A stretch of 60,867 nt of DNA from Gaiellaceae bacterium (GTDB lineage Bacteria > Actinomycetota > Thermoleophilia > Gaiellales > Gaiellaceae), in NCBI GenBank assembly GCA_035455445.1, contig DATIFC010000161.1, forward strand, positions 1 through 60,867, written 5' to 3'. Under the pieces are notes generated by a model. It was not told the DNA's origin and searched no databases. It saw only the letters and a list, made by a program, of their open reading frames with translations. Below, piece by piece: positions 53,025-60,867 of this stretch; positions within the stretch are counted from its first letter, which is position 1, and each line of letters begins with the position of its first letter. The position numbers and the translations under genes are program-made.

Positions 53025-54056
53025 TTAAGCCTCGGGGTAGCCCCAGCGGAAGCCGGTCGCCGCGGTAGCCGGCTCCAGCGGGCTCGGCGGGAGGCCCTCG
53101 CGCGGCTCCGGCTCGTTGTAGGCGCGGGGGGCGACGTCGTTCGGACCGTCGGGGTGGAAGAGCGAGGCGAGGTACTGGATCTGGCCGCGGCCCGGGCCGA
53201 GCTCGAACATCCCGCCGCCGTAGAGGCCGACTCCGTTCGCCTCGCAGTGGTCGTAGAAGGCGAGCAGCTCCCGCAGGCGGCCGAAGCGCGACGGCTTCGA
53301 GTTGAGCACGCGCGGCGGGAAGGGGAGCGCCTCGACGTCGGCGACCGAGTGGATCGGTGCGTCCCAGGTGACGCGGTCGCGGTGCGGCGCGAGGGCGGCG
53401 TCGGTCTCGTCCGTCAGCGCGGGATCCTCGAGGTAGGCCTGCGGGAATCCCTCGGCGACGCGGCGGTAGAGCTCGGGGTCGGGCGGCGGGCCGTCCTCGG
53501 GGCGGTAGTACGCCTTGTAGTCCGCGGTCACGACCGCGCCGGTCGCGGCGAGCTCGGCGATCAGCTCGTCGCCCCAGTCGCCGGCGGGGTCGAGCTTGAA
53601 GCGGTGGCGCGGCTCGAGCTCCAGCCAGCGGCGGACGACGCGGGCCGTGGGCGGGTCGCCGAGGCCGGGCGAGATCACGAACGAGACCGGCCGCGGCTCG
53701 CGCCCGACCGCCTGCGCGAGGCCCGTCCCCGCCTGCCGCAGCGCGAGGTCGAGCGCGGCGCTCTCGTAGGCCCAGCGCCGGTGCGGGTCGGGCATCTCGA
53801 GCGCGTCCGAGAACGATTCCAGCGTCCACGAGCCTGTGAGCGGCAGCACGGGGCCGGCTCCCTGCTCGCGGTCGTGGTGCTCGGTGTACCAGGTGACGTC
53901 CTCGCCGAGCCCCTCCTCGCCCCCGCCGTGCAGGTGGACGACGGTGGTCACCCGCGTGAAGCCCCGCGTGACCGGCTGCTCGAGCCGCTCGAGCTCGTAC
54001 GAGTCGACCGCGAGGGGCAGCGTTGCGAGGCGTTCGTGCAGGGAGGCGGGCGGCAT
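53025..54056 (-). CDS. Enolase-superfamily (MR/MLE/OSBS-like) protein
   Basis: C-terminal 343 codons of track ORF 53025..54572 from ATG 54054-54056. Pattern: GGGEEGLGED, RFKLDPAG, YLEDPAL, VTWDAPIHSV, NSKPSRFGRLRE, GLYGGGMFELGPGRGQIQYLASL. This resembles the metal-ligand and Lys motifs of the superfamily. Assignment is tentative. Confidence 0.5.
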   Translation of the reverse strand: MPPASLHERLATLPLAVDSYELERLEQPVTRGFTRVTTVVHLHGGGEEGLGEDVTWYTEHHDREQGAGPVLPLTGSWTLESFSDALEMPDPHRRWAYESAALDLALRQAGTGLAQAVGREPRPVSFVISPGLGDPPTARVVRRWLELEPRHRFKLDPAGDWGDELIAELAATGAVVTADYKAYYRPEDGPPPDPELYRRVAEGFPQAYLEDPALTDETDAALAPHRDRVTWDAPIHSVADVEALPFPPRVLNSKPSRFGRLRELLAFYDHCEANGVGLYGGGMFELGPGRGQIQYLASLFHPDGPNDVAPRAYNEPEPREGLPPSPLEPATAATGFRWGYPEA

Positions 54057-54069
54057 CCGCCCGACCTTA

Positions 54070-54102
54070 ACGAGAGAGCCCCGCCTGGCGGGGCTCTCTC
54101 GT
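54070..54102 (-). terminator. GC-rich hairpin (15-bp perfect stem, 3-nt loop) downstream of the His-rich protein gene
   Basis: ACGAGAGAGCCCCGC-CTG-GCGGGGCTCTCTCGT read directly, 28 nt after the stop at 54130-54132. There is no U-tract, as in many actinobacterial terminators. Confidence 0.5.
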
Positions 54103-54129
54103 GGGGTCCGAAGCTCGCGGTCGGCCCGG

Positions 54130-54807
54130 CTAGTGGCCCTTGCCGTTGCCGTTGCCGCCGCCGGAGTTGCCGTGGGTGTCACCGCTGTGGCCCTGGCCCT
54201 GGCCGTGATCCTTCTGGCTCTTGTCGTGGCCGTGGCCGTTCCCCTGGCCCTGCCCGCGATCGGCCGGCGGGCCGTGCGTCTTGGCGTGGCCCTGGCCCTT
54301 GCCCTGGCCGTGGCCCTTGGCCTGGCTCTTGCCGTGCACGGTGCTCGGGCCGGTGGTCGGCTTGTGGCCGACGCCGTGGGACGTGTCGCTCTTGCCGTTC
54401 TCGTGCTTCGCCTTGGACTTGCCCTTCTGGTGAAGCTTCGCCTTCGTGGCCCTGTTCTTGACCACGTGCGCCTTGAGCAGCTTGTGCGACTTGGCGGGCA
54501 CGACGGGCACCGCCGGAGGCTGCTCGGAACACGGCCCGATCGTGTCGCCGTGGTTCCGGACGTGCGCAGCAACCGCGTTCTGCGAGACGGTGATCGTCAC
54601 GAACGGGTTCTTCTGCGAGTGCGTGTGGTGACAGATCGTCACCTTCGAGGTCGGGTACTGGTCCGACGTCGGCGTCTTGTCGTGCGACAGGCCGACGAGC
54701 TGGGCCCCGTACCCGGCCATGCCGACGGACGCGAACACGCCTGCCGCCGCGACGACGACTGCCGCCGCGACGAGGCGCGCGCGTCCGGTCTTGCTGGGTC
54801 TCTTCAT
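54130..54807 (-). CDS. Secreted His/Gly/Lys/Gln-rich low-complexity protein with small Cys-containing N-terminal domain
   Basis: Track ORF of 225 aa. Signal peptide: MKRPSKTGRARLVAAAVVVAAAGVFASVGMA. N-domain: KVTICHHTHSQKNPFVTITVSQNAVAAHVRNHGDTIGPC. The tail is ...GKSQAKGHGQGKGQGHAKTHG...GQGQGNGHGHDKSQKDHGQGQGHSGDTHGNSGGGNGNGKGH, with about 16 His in the last ~115 residues by my count. Confidence 0.6.
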   Translation of the reverse strand: MKRPSKTGRARLVAAAVVVAAAGVFASVGMAGYGAQLVGLSHDKTPTSDQYPTSKVTICHHTHSQKNPFVTITVSQNAVAAHVRNHGDTIGPCSEQPPAVPVVPAKSHKLLKAHVVKNRATKAKLHQKGKSKAKHENGKSDTSHGVGHKPTTGPSTVHGKSQAKGHGQGKGQGHAKTHGPPADRGQGQGNGHGHDKSQKDHGQGQGHSGDTHGNSGGGNGNGKGH

Positions 54808-54896
54808 GTGCGGGCCCCCCGAGGGTCGAGGATCTCACGTGAGTCGCCTGAGTTGATCCCTCCCGGGGCACGGACTTGCGCTGCGCATCGCGCGGC

Positions 54897-56777
54897 TCAG
54901 GAGGACGCGTTCAGCTGGCGAAGCTCGGCGCTGAGCGGGTTGAGCAGGGCCACGTGGGCGAGCGCATCCCGGCGCTCGCCGCCGCGGCTGACGAGGGCGA
55001 GGTCGAGCCAGAGCTCCCAGTCGCCGCGGTCGTGCCGGAGCCCGCGAAGGAAGCTGCTGCGCGCGCGGTCGACGGCTCCCGCCTGCAGCTGCGACTCCCC
55101 GAGAAGCCGCCACGGCGTCCCCGACCACGGCTCCCAGCGACGCGCCAGCCGCGCTTCGTCGGCAGCGGAGCCGAGCCGCGACGCATCGAGCGCGTCGGCG
55201 GCGGCGAGCTCCGCGCGGTTGCCGAGGAAACCGAGCGCGGCGACGCAGACGAGCGCGGCGGCCGCGGCGACTCCGGCGAGGCGGGAAGCGCGGCCGATCG
55301 CCGGTGTCTCCGTCGCCCGCGCGGCGAGGAGGAGGGCCACGCCGCACGCCAGCGCCGCGAGCGTCACCGCGGGCATCTCCCAGTCCCAGTCGATGCCGGC
55401 GTGGACGAGGTACGCGACGTACGCGCCGAGCGCGGCGGCCGCGAGCGGGCTCGCGCGTGCGGCGCGGACCGCGACGAGCGGCGCGGCGAGCGCGCAGAGC
55501 AGGAGCACGAGCCCGATCGGCCCCAGCTCCGCCAGCGTCTCGAGGTACAGGCTGTGGGCGTCGCGAACCGGAAGGTCGGTGCTCCGGTGGCGGAGCCAGA
55601 AGCGCTGGTAGCTGCCGGCCCCGCCGCCGAGGGCCGCGTGGCCGGTCCACTCCCGCCACGCCAGGCGCCAGTACTCGGAGCGGTTGCTGCCGGAGAGGCT
55701 GAACAGCCGTCCGCTCGCGTTCTGGCCGACGAGCGGCGCCGGCGCGTTGAAGGCGTGGTACGCGCGCCGCGCGGCGCCCTGCGGCCCGCCGACCCGGACG
55801 AGGGCGACCGCGATCACGGCGGCGGCGAGCAGCCCGACGACCAGCACGAGCAGCCGGCGCGAGCCGGTACCGAGGCGGAACCTCCCGCCGGCCCGCTCGG
55901 CCGCCGCCGGCACGAAGGCCGCGGCCACGGCGAGCAGCACGACGGCGAGCGCGAGGCGGCGCCCGTCGTGCGTGGCGGCCGCCACGGAGCGCGGGTCCGC
56001 CGTGAGCGCGGCCGTGCGTGAGGCGAGGAGCACGGCGACGGCCGGGGCCGCGGCGAGCGCGAGCGCGCGCCCGAGCAGCTCCAGGCGCCCGCGCTCGGCT
56101 GCGAGCCACGCCGCGAGCCCGGCGGCGAGCCCAAGCCACGCGCCGCGGCCGTAGGTGAAGTAGAGCGTGGGCGCCAGCACCACCAGGGCCGACGAGGCAA
56201 GCGCCCGGGCGGCCGGCGGCCGCGCGCGGAGCGCGACACCGAGCGCGAGCAGGATGCCGATCACGGCGAAGATCGCGAGCGCGTTCGCGTAGCCGAGCGG
56301 GCGCGCGAGCCTGAACCCCGCCTGCGGGTCGGAGGAGACGACCTGGTAGGCGCCCCCGCCGGGGTCGAACAGGCGCGTGGCGAGCGCGTAGGCGCAGACC
56401 AGGCCGATCGCCGCCGCGAGCGAGGCGACGAGGCCGAAGACCCGCGAGCGGCGGCCGAGCAGCAGGAGCCCGGTCGCCGCCGCGACGTAGACGAGCGCCC
56501 GCTCTCCCTCGCGGACGGTCTGCGAGACGTCCGAGGTCCACGCGAGCGACAGCCACACCCACGCGGCGAGCGCGGCGAGCGACACCGGCAGCGCCAGCTC
56601 GAGCGCCGTGAGCCGCCGTGCCCCGGCGAGGAGCGAGGCGGCGCACACGACCAGGAGCACGACGGCGCTCCAGCCCCAGCTCGTCGGCTCGTACCCGCCG
56701 GAGTCGAACGCGAGCCCGGCGACGGCCAGCGCGGCCACCACCCCGGGGAGGAGCTCGTACGGCTGGAGGGAGGTCAT
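54897..56777 (-). CDS. O-antigen ligase/polymerase family (Wzy_C) membrane protein with C-terminal TPR-like tail; paralogue of 1122..3026
   Basis: Inside track ORF 54897..56939, started at ATG 56775-56777. EYWRLAWREWTGHAALGGGAGSYQRFWLRHRSTDLPVRDAHSLYLETLAELGPIGLVLLL aligns by eye with DFWRVALDEFRHHPAAGIGGRGFGPAYLVDGRSTETPARAHSIELDALSELGVPGLLLL of the first copy. Confidence 0.65.
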   Translation of the reverse strand: MTSLQPYELLPGVVAALAVAGLAFDSGGYEPTSWGWSAVVLLVVCAASLLAGARRLTALELALPVSLAALAAWVWLSLAWTSDVSQTVREGERALVYVAAATGLLLLGRRSRVFGLVASLAAAIGLVCAYALATRLFDPGGGAYQVVSSDPQAGFRLARPLGYANALAIFAVIGILLALGVALRARPPAARALASSALVVLAPTLYFTYGRGAWLGLAAGLAAWLAAERGRLELLGRALALAAAPAVAVLLASRTAALTADPRSVAAATHDGRRLALAVVLLAVAAAFVPAAAERAGGRFRLGTGSRRLLVLVVGLLAAAVIAVALVRVGGPQGAARRAYHAFNAPAPLVGQNASGRLFSLSGSNRSEYWRLAWREWTGHAALGGGAGSYQRFWLRHRSTDLPVRDAHSLYLETLAELGPIGLVLLLCALAAPLVAVRAARASPLAAAALGAYVAYLVHAGIDWDWEMPAVTLAALACGVALLLAARATETPAIGRASRLAGVAAAAALVCVAALGFLGNRAELAAADALDASRLGSAADEARLARRWEPWSGTPWRLLGESQLQAGAVDRARSSFLRGLRHDRGDWELWLDLALVSRGGERRDALAHVALLNPLSAELRQLNASS

Positions 56778-56793
56778 CGAGGGCTGGCGTCCG

Positions 56794-56799
56794 TACACT
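56794..56799 (+). promoter_or_regulatory. -10-like hexamer TACACT (TANNNT) 6 nt upstream of the acyl-CoA dehydrogenase GTG
   Basis: Read directly in the 28-nt divergent gap (56778-56805). No SD sequence is present. Confidence 0.3.
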
Positions 56800-56805
56800 T
56801 GCGCG

Positions 56806-58020
56806 GTGGACTTCGAACTAACCCCCGAGCAGCGCCTGATCCAGGACACGGTGCGCTCGTTCGTCGACGAGCGCGTGCTGCCGAACGCGATCGAGAACGA
56901 CATCGAGCACCGCCTCGACATGGGCGTGATCGAGGGCATGGCCGAGCTGGGACTGCTCGGGATCGTAGTTCCCGAGGAGTACGGCGGGGCCGGGCTCGAC
57001 TTCGTCGCCGAGGCGCTGGCCTGCGAGGAGATCGAGCGTGGCGAGGCGGCCTTCCGGACGCTGATCTCGGTGCACGTCGGGCTGAACTCGCTCTCGCTGC
57101 TGCGCTACGGCAACGAGGAGCAGAAGCAGCGCTACCTGGCGCCGCAGGCACGGGGCGAGAAGCTCGCGTGCTTCGGCCTGACGGAGCCCGGTGCAGGCTC
57201 GGACGTGGCGGCGATGCGCACGACCGCGCGCCGTGAGGGCGACACGTACGTGCTGAACGGCCAGAAGAACTGGATCTCGTACGCAACCGTCGCCGACCAC
57301 CAGCTCGTGTTCGCGAAGACCGACCCGTCGGCGAAGCACAAGGGCATCTCGGCGTTCGTCGTCGAGCGCGAGTGGCCCGGCGTCTCGACGCGCGAGACCG
57401 AGCACAAGCTCGGCGTATGGGCCGGCTCGACGGGCGAGCTCTTCTTCGAGAACGTCGAGGTGCCGGCCGAGAACCTCGTCGGCGAGGAGGGCCAGGGCTT
57501 CGAGATCGCGATGTACAGCCTCGACCAGGGCCGCTTCACGGTCGCGGCGGGGGCGTGCGGGGTCGTGCGGGCCTGCCTGGAGCGGTCGGTCGAGTACGCG
57601 CGCGAGCGGGAGACCTTCGGCGAGCCGATCGGCAAGTACCAGTTCGTGCAGGACATGATCGCGGAGATGGTGCTCGGCTACGAGACGTCGAAGCTGCTCG
57701 TGATGCAGGCGGCGTGGCTGAAGAACCAGGGCGTGCGCAACACGCGCGAGACCTCGCTCGCCAAGTGGCACGCGACCGAGTCGGCCTTCCGGGCTGCGCA
57801 CCTCGCGATCCAGGTACACGGCGCGTACGGGTACTCGGCGGAGTACGGGATCGAGCGCTACTTCCGCAACGCGCGGGCGCCGATCATCTACGAGGGAACG
57901 ACGCAGATCCACAAGCTGATGCAGGCCGAGCACGCACTCGGCTACCGGCGGCTGAACGGGGCCGAGGGCGACGTCTCGCCGATGGCCGCGTGGGCCCCCG
58001 CGCTCGCGCAGGCGCGCTAG
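56806..58020 (+). CDS. Acyl-CoA dehydrogenase (glutaryl-CoA dehydrogenase-like)
   Basis: C-terminal 404 codons of track ORF 56608..58020 from GTG 56806: DFELTPEQRLIQDTVRSFVDERVLP, FGLTEPGAGSD, KNWISYA, IYEGTTQIHKLMQAEHAL. Confidence 0.85.
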   Translation: MDFELTPEQRLIQDTVRSFVDERVLPNAIENDIEHRLDMGVIEGMAELGLLGIVVPEEYGGAGLDFVAEALACEEIERGEAAFRTLISVHVGLNSLSLLRYGNEEQKQRYLAPQARGEKLACFGLTEPGAGSDVAAMRTTARREGDTYVLNGQKNWISYATVADHQLVFAKTDPSAKHKGISAFVVEREWPGVSTRETEHKLGVWAGSTGELFFENVEVPAENLVGEEGQGFEIAMYSLDQGRFTVAAGACGVVRACLERSVEYARERETFGEPIGKYQFVQDMIAEMVLGYETSKLLVMQAAWLKNQGVRNTRETSLAKWHATESAFRAAHLAIQVHGAYGYSAEYGIERYFRNARAPIIYEGTTQIHKLMQAEHALGYRRLNGAEGDVSPMAAWAPALAQAR

Positions 58021-58361
58021 CGAGAAGCGGCGCCGCCGACGACGGCGGCCAGGCTCGAGAGGTGGGACTGCAGCGAGCCGCAGACCTGCTCGCAGAGGTC
58101 GAGGACGCCCTCGTCCGCGATCCCGTAGTAGACGCGGTTGCCGTCCTTGCGGCGGGCGACGAGCCCCGAGTCGGCGAGCACGGCCAGGTGCTTCGAGACG
58201 TTCTGCTGTCCGGCCTCGAGGCGTGCCGCGAGCTCGCCGACGCTCAGCTCGCGGTCCCGGAGGAGGTCGACGATCCGCACGCGCAGGGGATCCCCGAGCG
58301 CGCGGAACCGGCGCGCGATCAGCTCGGCGAGGTCCTCCGGGAGCGGGTGCGGAAGCACCAT
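58017..58361 (-). CDS. ArsR/SmtB-family transcriptional regulator
   Basis: C-terminal 114 codons of track ORF 58017..58706 from ATG 58359-58361: FRALGDPLRVRIVDLLRDRELSVGELAARLEAGQQNVSKHLAVLADSGLVARRKDGNRVYY. Cys pair in the C-terminal helix (LCEQVCGS). Confidence 0.8.
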   Translation of the reverse strand: MVLPHPLPEDLAELIARRFRALGDPLRVRIVDLLRDRELSVGELAARLEAGQQNVSKHLAVLADSGLVARRKDGNRVYYGIADEGVLDLCEQVCGSLQSHLSSLAAVVGGAASR

Positions 58362-58374
58362 GGCGGCTCCGATT

Positions 58375-58404
58375 ATACTCTGCAACGATTTAGTTGTATA
58401 GTGT
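58375..58404. promoter_or_regulatory. AT-rich imperfect inverted repeat and divergent -10 boxes between the ArsR-type regulator and the MMPL gene
   Basis: ATACTCTGCAAC-gattta-GTTGTATAGTGT, with 9 of 12 arm positions complementary. TATAGT (58397-58402) lies 8 nt before the MMPL GTG. TATAAT is present on the minus strand (complement of 58372-58377), 10 nt before the regulator's ATG. Confidence 0.4.
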
Positions 58405-58410
58405 CGACCG

Positions 58411-60552
58411 GTGAGCAGCGTCCCAGCAGCAATCGTCCCTCGCGCAGTCGAGCACCCGGAGGCCGTCGGGCCGGTCGGGCGGCTCGGCGGCTGGGCAGCC
58501 GACCACGTCCGCGCGGTCGCGCTCACGTGGACGGTCGTCGCGGTCGCCCTCGCCGTCTTCGCGCCGAAGGTGGAGACCGCGCTCTCGGGCGCCGGGTGGC
58601 AGGCCAACGGGTCGGAGTCCGTCCAGGCGCGGTCGCTGATCCAGCAAAGCTTCGGCGGCCTCTCGAGCGCCGCGCCGCTCGTCGTCGTCCGCTCGTCTTC
58701 CCTCACGGCGAATTCTCCCGGCTTCCGGGCGACCCTCGCCCGCGTCGAGACCGTGCTCCACTCCGACTCGCGGATCTCGACGGTCGCCCGCGGCGCCGTC
58801 TCCCGCGACGGTCACGTCGCGCTGGTCGTCGGCGGCGCGAAGCGCGACCCCACCGCGATGGTCGCGGCGGCGGACTCCCTGAAGGGCAAGCTGCGCGCCC
58901 TCTCGACGCCGCAGGTCTCGGTCAACCTCACCGGCGCGTCCGGGATGTGGTCGGACTTCAACGCCGCGAACCGCAAGGCGATGATGCGCTCCGAGCTCTA
59001 CTCGTGGCCCGTGACCCTCGCGATCCTGGTGCTCGCCTTCGGATCGCTGGTCGCGGCCGGGCTCCCGCTGCTCCTGACCATGCTGGGCCTGCTCGCATCG
59101 GCCGGGCTGCTCGCGCTGCTCACGCACGGCTTCGAGATCTCGATCTGGGCGATGAACTTCGCGCTCATGTTCGCGCTCGCGCTCGGGATCGACTACGCCC
59201 TCTTCGTCGTCCACCGCTTCCGCGGCGCGTACTTCGGCTCCGGGCTACGGGCGCGGGACGCGGTCGCGATCACGATGGACACGGCCGGCAAGGCGGTGCT
59301 CTTCTCCGGCGTGACCGTGTTCGTGTCGCTGTCGGCCGTGATGCTCGTGCCGAGCCCCGCGTTCCGCTCGATGGCGCTCGGGATCATGCTCAGCGTCGCG
59401 TTCGTGCTGGCGGCGACGCTGACGCTCCTGCCCGCGGTGCTCGCGAAGCTCGGGCCGAAGGTCGACGCCCTGCCCCTGCGCTGGGTGCACTCCGGGGAGC
59501 ACCGCTCCGCGCGGTTCGCCCGCTGGGGCGAGCGGCTCTGGCGCCACCCGCACCTCTTCGGCCCCGCCGCGACGCTGCTGCTCGTCCTGCTCGCGCTGCC
59601 GGCGATCGGCCTCGAGACCGGGATGCCGTCGATCAAGGTCGTGCCGAAGAGCGACTCCTCGCGGGTCGGCTACACGCAGGTGCAGCAGGCCTTCGGCCCC
59701 GGTGCGCCAGGCGCGCTCCAGATCGTCGCGCCGGCGCAGGAAGCCGTCCGCGTCGCGAGCGTCGCGCGCGCCGACCGCGGGATCGCGCAGATCGCGCCGC
59801 CGCAGCTCGGCGGCGCAGGGCTCGCGCTCGTCCAGGCCACGCCCACGACCGACCCGTCGAGCAAGAGCGTCGGCAGGACGATCGACCGGCTCCGGGCCTC
59901 GCTGCCTGCGGGCGCGCTCGTCGGCGGCGCCGTCGCCGAGAACCACGATCTCGAGCGCGCGCTCGCGTCCAGGACGCCGCTCGTGATCGGGGTCGTGCTG
60001 GTGCTCGGCTTCGTGCTCCTGCTGGTCGCCCTCCAGGCGCCCTTGATCGCGGCCCTGGGTGTGATCACGAACCTGCTCGCCACGGGAGCGGCGTTCGGCG
60101 TCGGACGCCTGATCTTCCAGGACGGCCACGGCGCCGGACTCCTCGGCTTCGAGTCGCAGGGGTTCATGGACGCCTGGGCGCCGGTGTTCTTCTTCGCGAT
60201 GATCTTCGCGATCTCGATGGACTACACGGTGTTCCTGCTCTCGTCGGCGAAGGAGCACTGGGACCGCACGCACGACCCGCACGAGGCCGCCGTCGGCGGG
60301 ATCGCCCACTCCGGCCGCGTGATCTTCGCCGCGGCCGCGGTGATGGTGGCCGTCTTCTTCACCTTCGCCCTCTCGGGCCCGCTGCCGCCGAAGGAGATGG
60401 GCGTCATCCTCGGCCTCGCCGTCCTGCTCGACGCGATGCTCGTCCGGCTCGTCCTGATCCCGACGCTGCTGCGGGTGTTCGGCCGCCACGCCTGGTCGCT
60501 GCCGCGCTGGCTCGACCGCGTCCTCCCGGACGTCAGGTTCGGGCACGCCTAG
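58411..60552 (+). CDS. MMPL-family (RND superfamily) membrane transporter
   Basis: Track ORF of 713 aa. Two blocks of TM helices separated by soluble loops. MMPL-like segments: SELYSWPVTLAILVLAFGSLVAAGLPLLL and IFAISMDYTVFLLSSAKEHW. Confidence 0.85.
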   Translation: MSSVPAAIVPRAVEHPEAVGPVGRLGGWAADHVRAVALTWTVVAVALAVFAPKVETALSGAGWQANGSESVQARSLIQQSFGGLSSAAPLVVVRSSSLTANSPGFRATLARVETVLHSDSRISTVARGAVSRDGHVALVVGGAKRDPTAMVAAADSLKGKLRALSTPQVSVNLTGASGMWSDFNAANRKAMMRSELYSWPVTLAILVLAFGSLVAAGLPLLLTMLGLLASAGLLALLTHGFEISIWAMNFALMFALALGIDYALFVVHRFRGAYFGSGLRARDAVAITMDTAGKAVLFSGVTVFVSLSAVMLVPSPAFRSMALGIMLSVAFVLAATLTLLPAVLAKLGPKVDALPLRWVHSGEHRSARFARWGERLWRHPHLFGPAATLLLVLLALPAIGLETGMPSIKVVPKSDSSRVGYTQVQQAFGPGAPGALQIVAPAQEAVRVASVARADRGIAQIAPPQLGGAGLALVQATPTTDPSSKSVGRTIDRLRASLPAGALVGGAVAENHDLERALASRTPLVIGVVLVLGFVLLLVALQAPLIAALGVITNLLATGAAFGVGRLIFQDGHGAGLLGFESQGFMDAWAPVFFFAMIFAISMDYTVFLLSSAKEHWDRTHDPHEAAVGGIAHSGRVIFAAAAVMVAVFFTFALSGPLPPKEMGVILGLAVLLDAMLVRLVLIPTLLRVFGRHAWSLPRWLDRVLPDVRFGHA

Positions 60553-60564
60553 CGCGCCGCCGGG

Positions 60565-60867
60565 TCAGATCACCGGCACCTCGACCTGCGCCTTCGTCTT
60601 CGGCTCGATCTCCATCAAGCGCACGAGCAGCGGGATCGCGGCCAGGATCGGCAGAGCACAGATCGGCCACAGCACCTGGTAGCCGGAGGTCGTCTCGAGG
60701 TACGGCCGGGCAAGGTCGATCGCGAGCCCGGCGACGGGTGCGCCGATCAGCAGCCCGATCCCCTTCGTCGTCGTCGCGAGCCCCGCCGCGGCGCCGCGGT
60801 GCTCGACCGGGACGATCTTGTAGAGCAGCCCCCACGCGAGCGTCATCACGGTGCCGCCGGCGATCGC
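60565..60867 (-). CDS. MFS-type transporter, C-terminal part; gene continues beyond window end
   Basis: Track ORF 60565..60849. The frame stays open to 60867 (AIAGGTVMTLAWGLLYKIVPVEHRGAAAGLATTTKGIGLLIGAPVAGLAIDL...). The hydrophobic spans are typical of the last helices of MFS permeases. Confidence 0.5.
   Translation of the reverse strand, partial: AIAGGTVMTLAWGLLYKIVPVEHRGAAAGLATTTKGIGLLIGAPVAGLAIDLARPYLETTSGYQVLWPICALPILAAIPLLVRLMEIEPKTKAQVEVPVI

Noticed and set aside
54135-54470. Short periodic DNA repeats (GGCCCTGGCC-type) as a CRISPR array or other non-coding repeat array
   Set aside because: The periodicity is irregular, lies entirely within an open reading frame and simply encodes the Gly/His/Gln/Lys repeats. 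There are no spacer-like unique segments.

Overview
Very GC-rich, actinobacterium-like chromosomal segment, densely coding on both strands. I recognised no rRNA, tRNA, CRISPR array, integrase or transposase. Because of the GC content, most long ORFs in the supplied track are off-frame or antisense shadows (Arg/Ala/Gly/Pro-rich). Genes were therefore called from family motifs, signal-peptide/TM patterns and start-stop junctions. There are three blocks. (i) 1-20.4 kb is a Wzx/Wzy-type surface-polysaccharide locus: priming transferase, flippase, Wzy_C/O-antigen-ligase-like proteins, GT4/GT2 transferases, a fused co-polymerase/BY-tyrosine kinase plus LMW-PTP, two deacetylases, a GH-like hydrolase, a FemAB/CelD-like GNAT and an unusual GT2-kinase fusion. 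(ii) 20.4-40 kb is the conserved actinobacterial housekeeping synteny lysS-greA ... coaX ... folK/folB/folP ... ftsH-hpt-tilS. Here it is broken by an antisense S8 protease, an asymmetric ABC-exporter pair, a decayed methyltransferase and a repeat/hairpin element where folE would be expected. (iii) 40-61 kb carries envelope and lipid genes: L,D-transpeptidase, VanW, an MprF-like synthase with an esterase, acyl-CoA dehydrogenases, a His-rich secreted protein and an ArsR-MMPL pair. Recurrent sequence-level themes: 4-nt ATGA/GTGA start/stop overlaps at 11 junctions; three genes whose conserved N-termini can only be reached from CTG or ATT initiators; four convergent gene pairs sharing one CTAG as stop on both strands; TANNNT hexamers 6-8 nt upstream of start codons (leaderless-type); and a few conspicuous AT-rich palindromes. 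The most novel-looking items are the GT2-kinase/GNAT module of the glycan locus, the twin 19-nt palindromes bracketing a small orphan ORF (23.4-23.8 kb), and the nested-stem repeat element at 33.57-33.75 kb. All functional calls rest on motif recognition by eye; no database search was possible.
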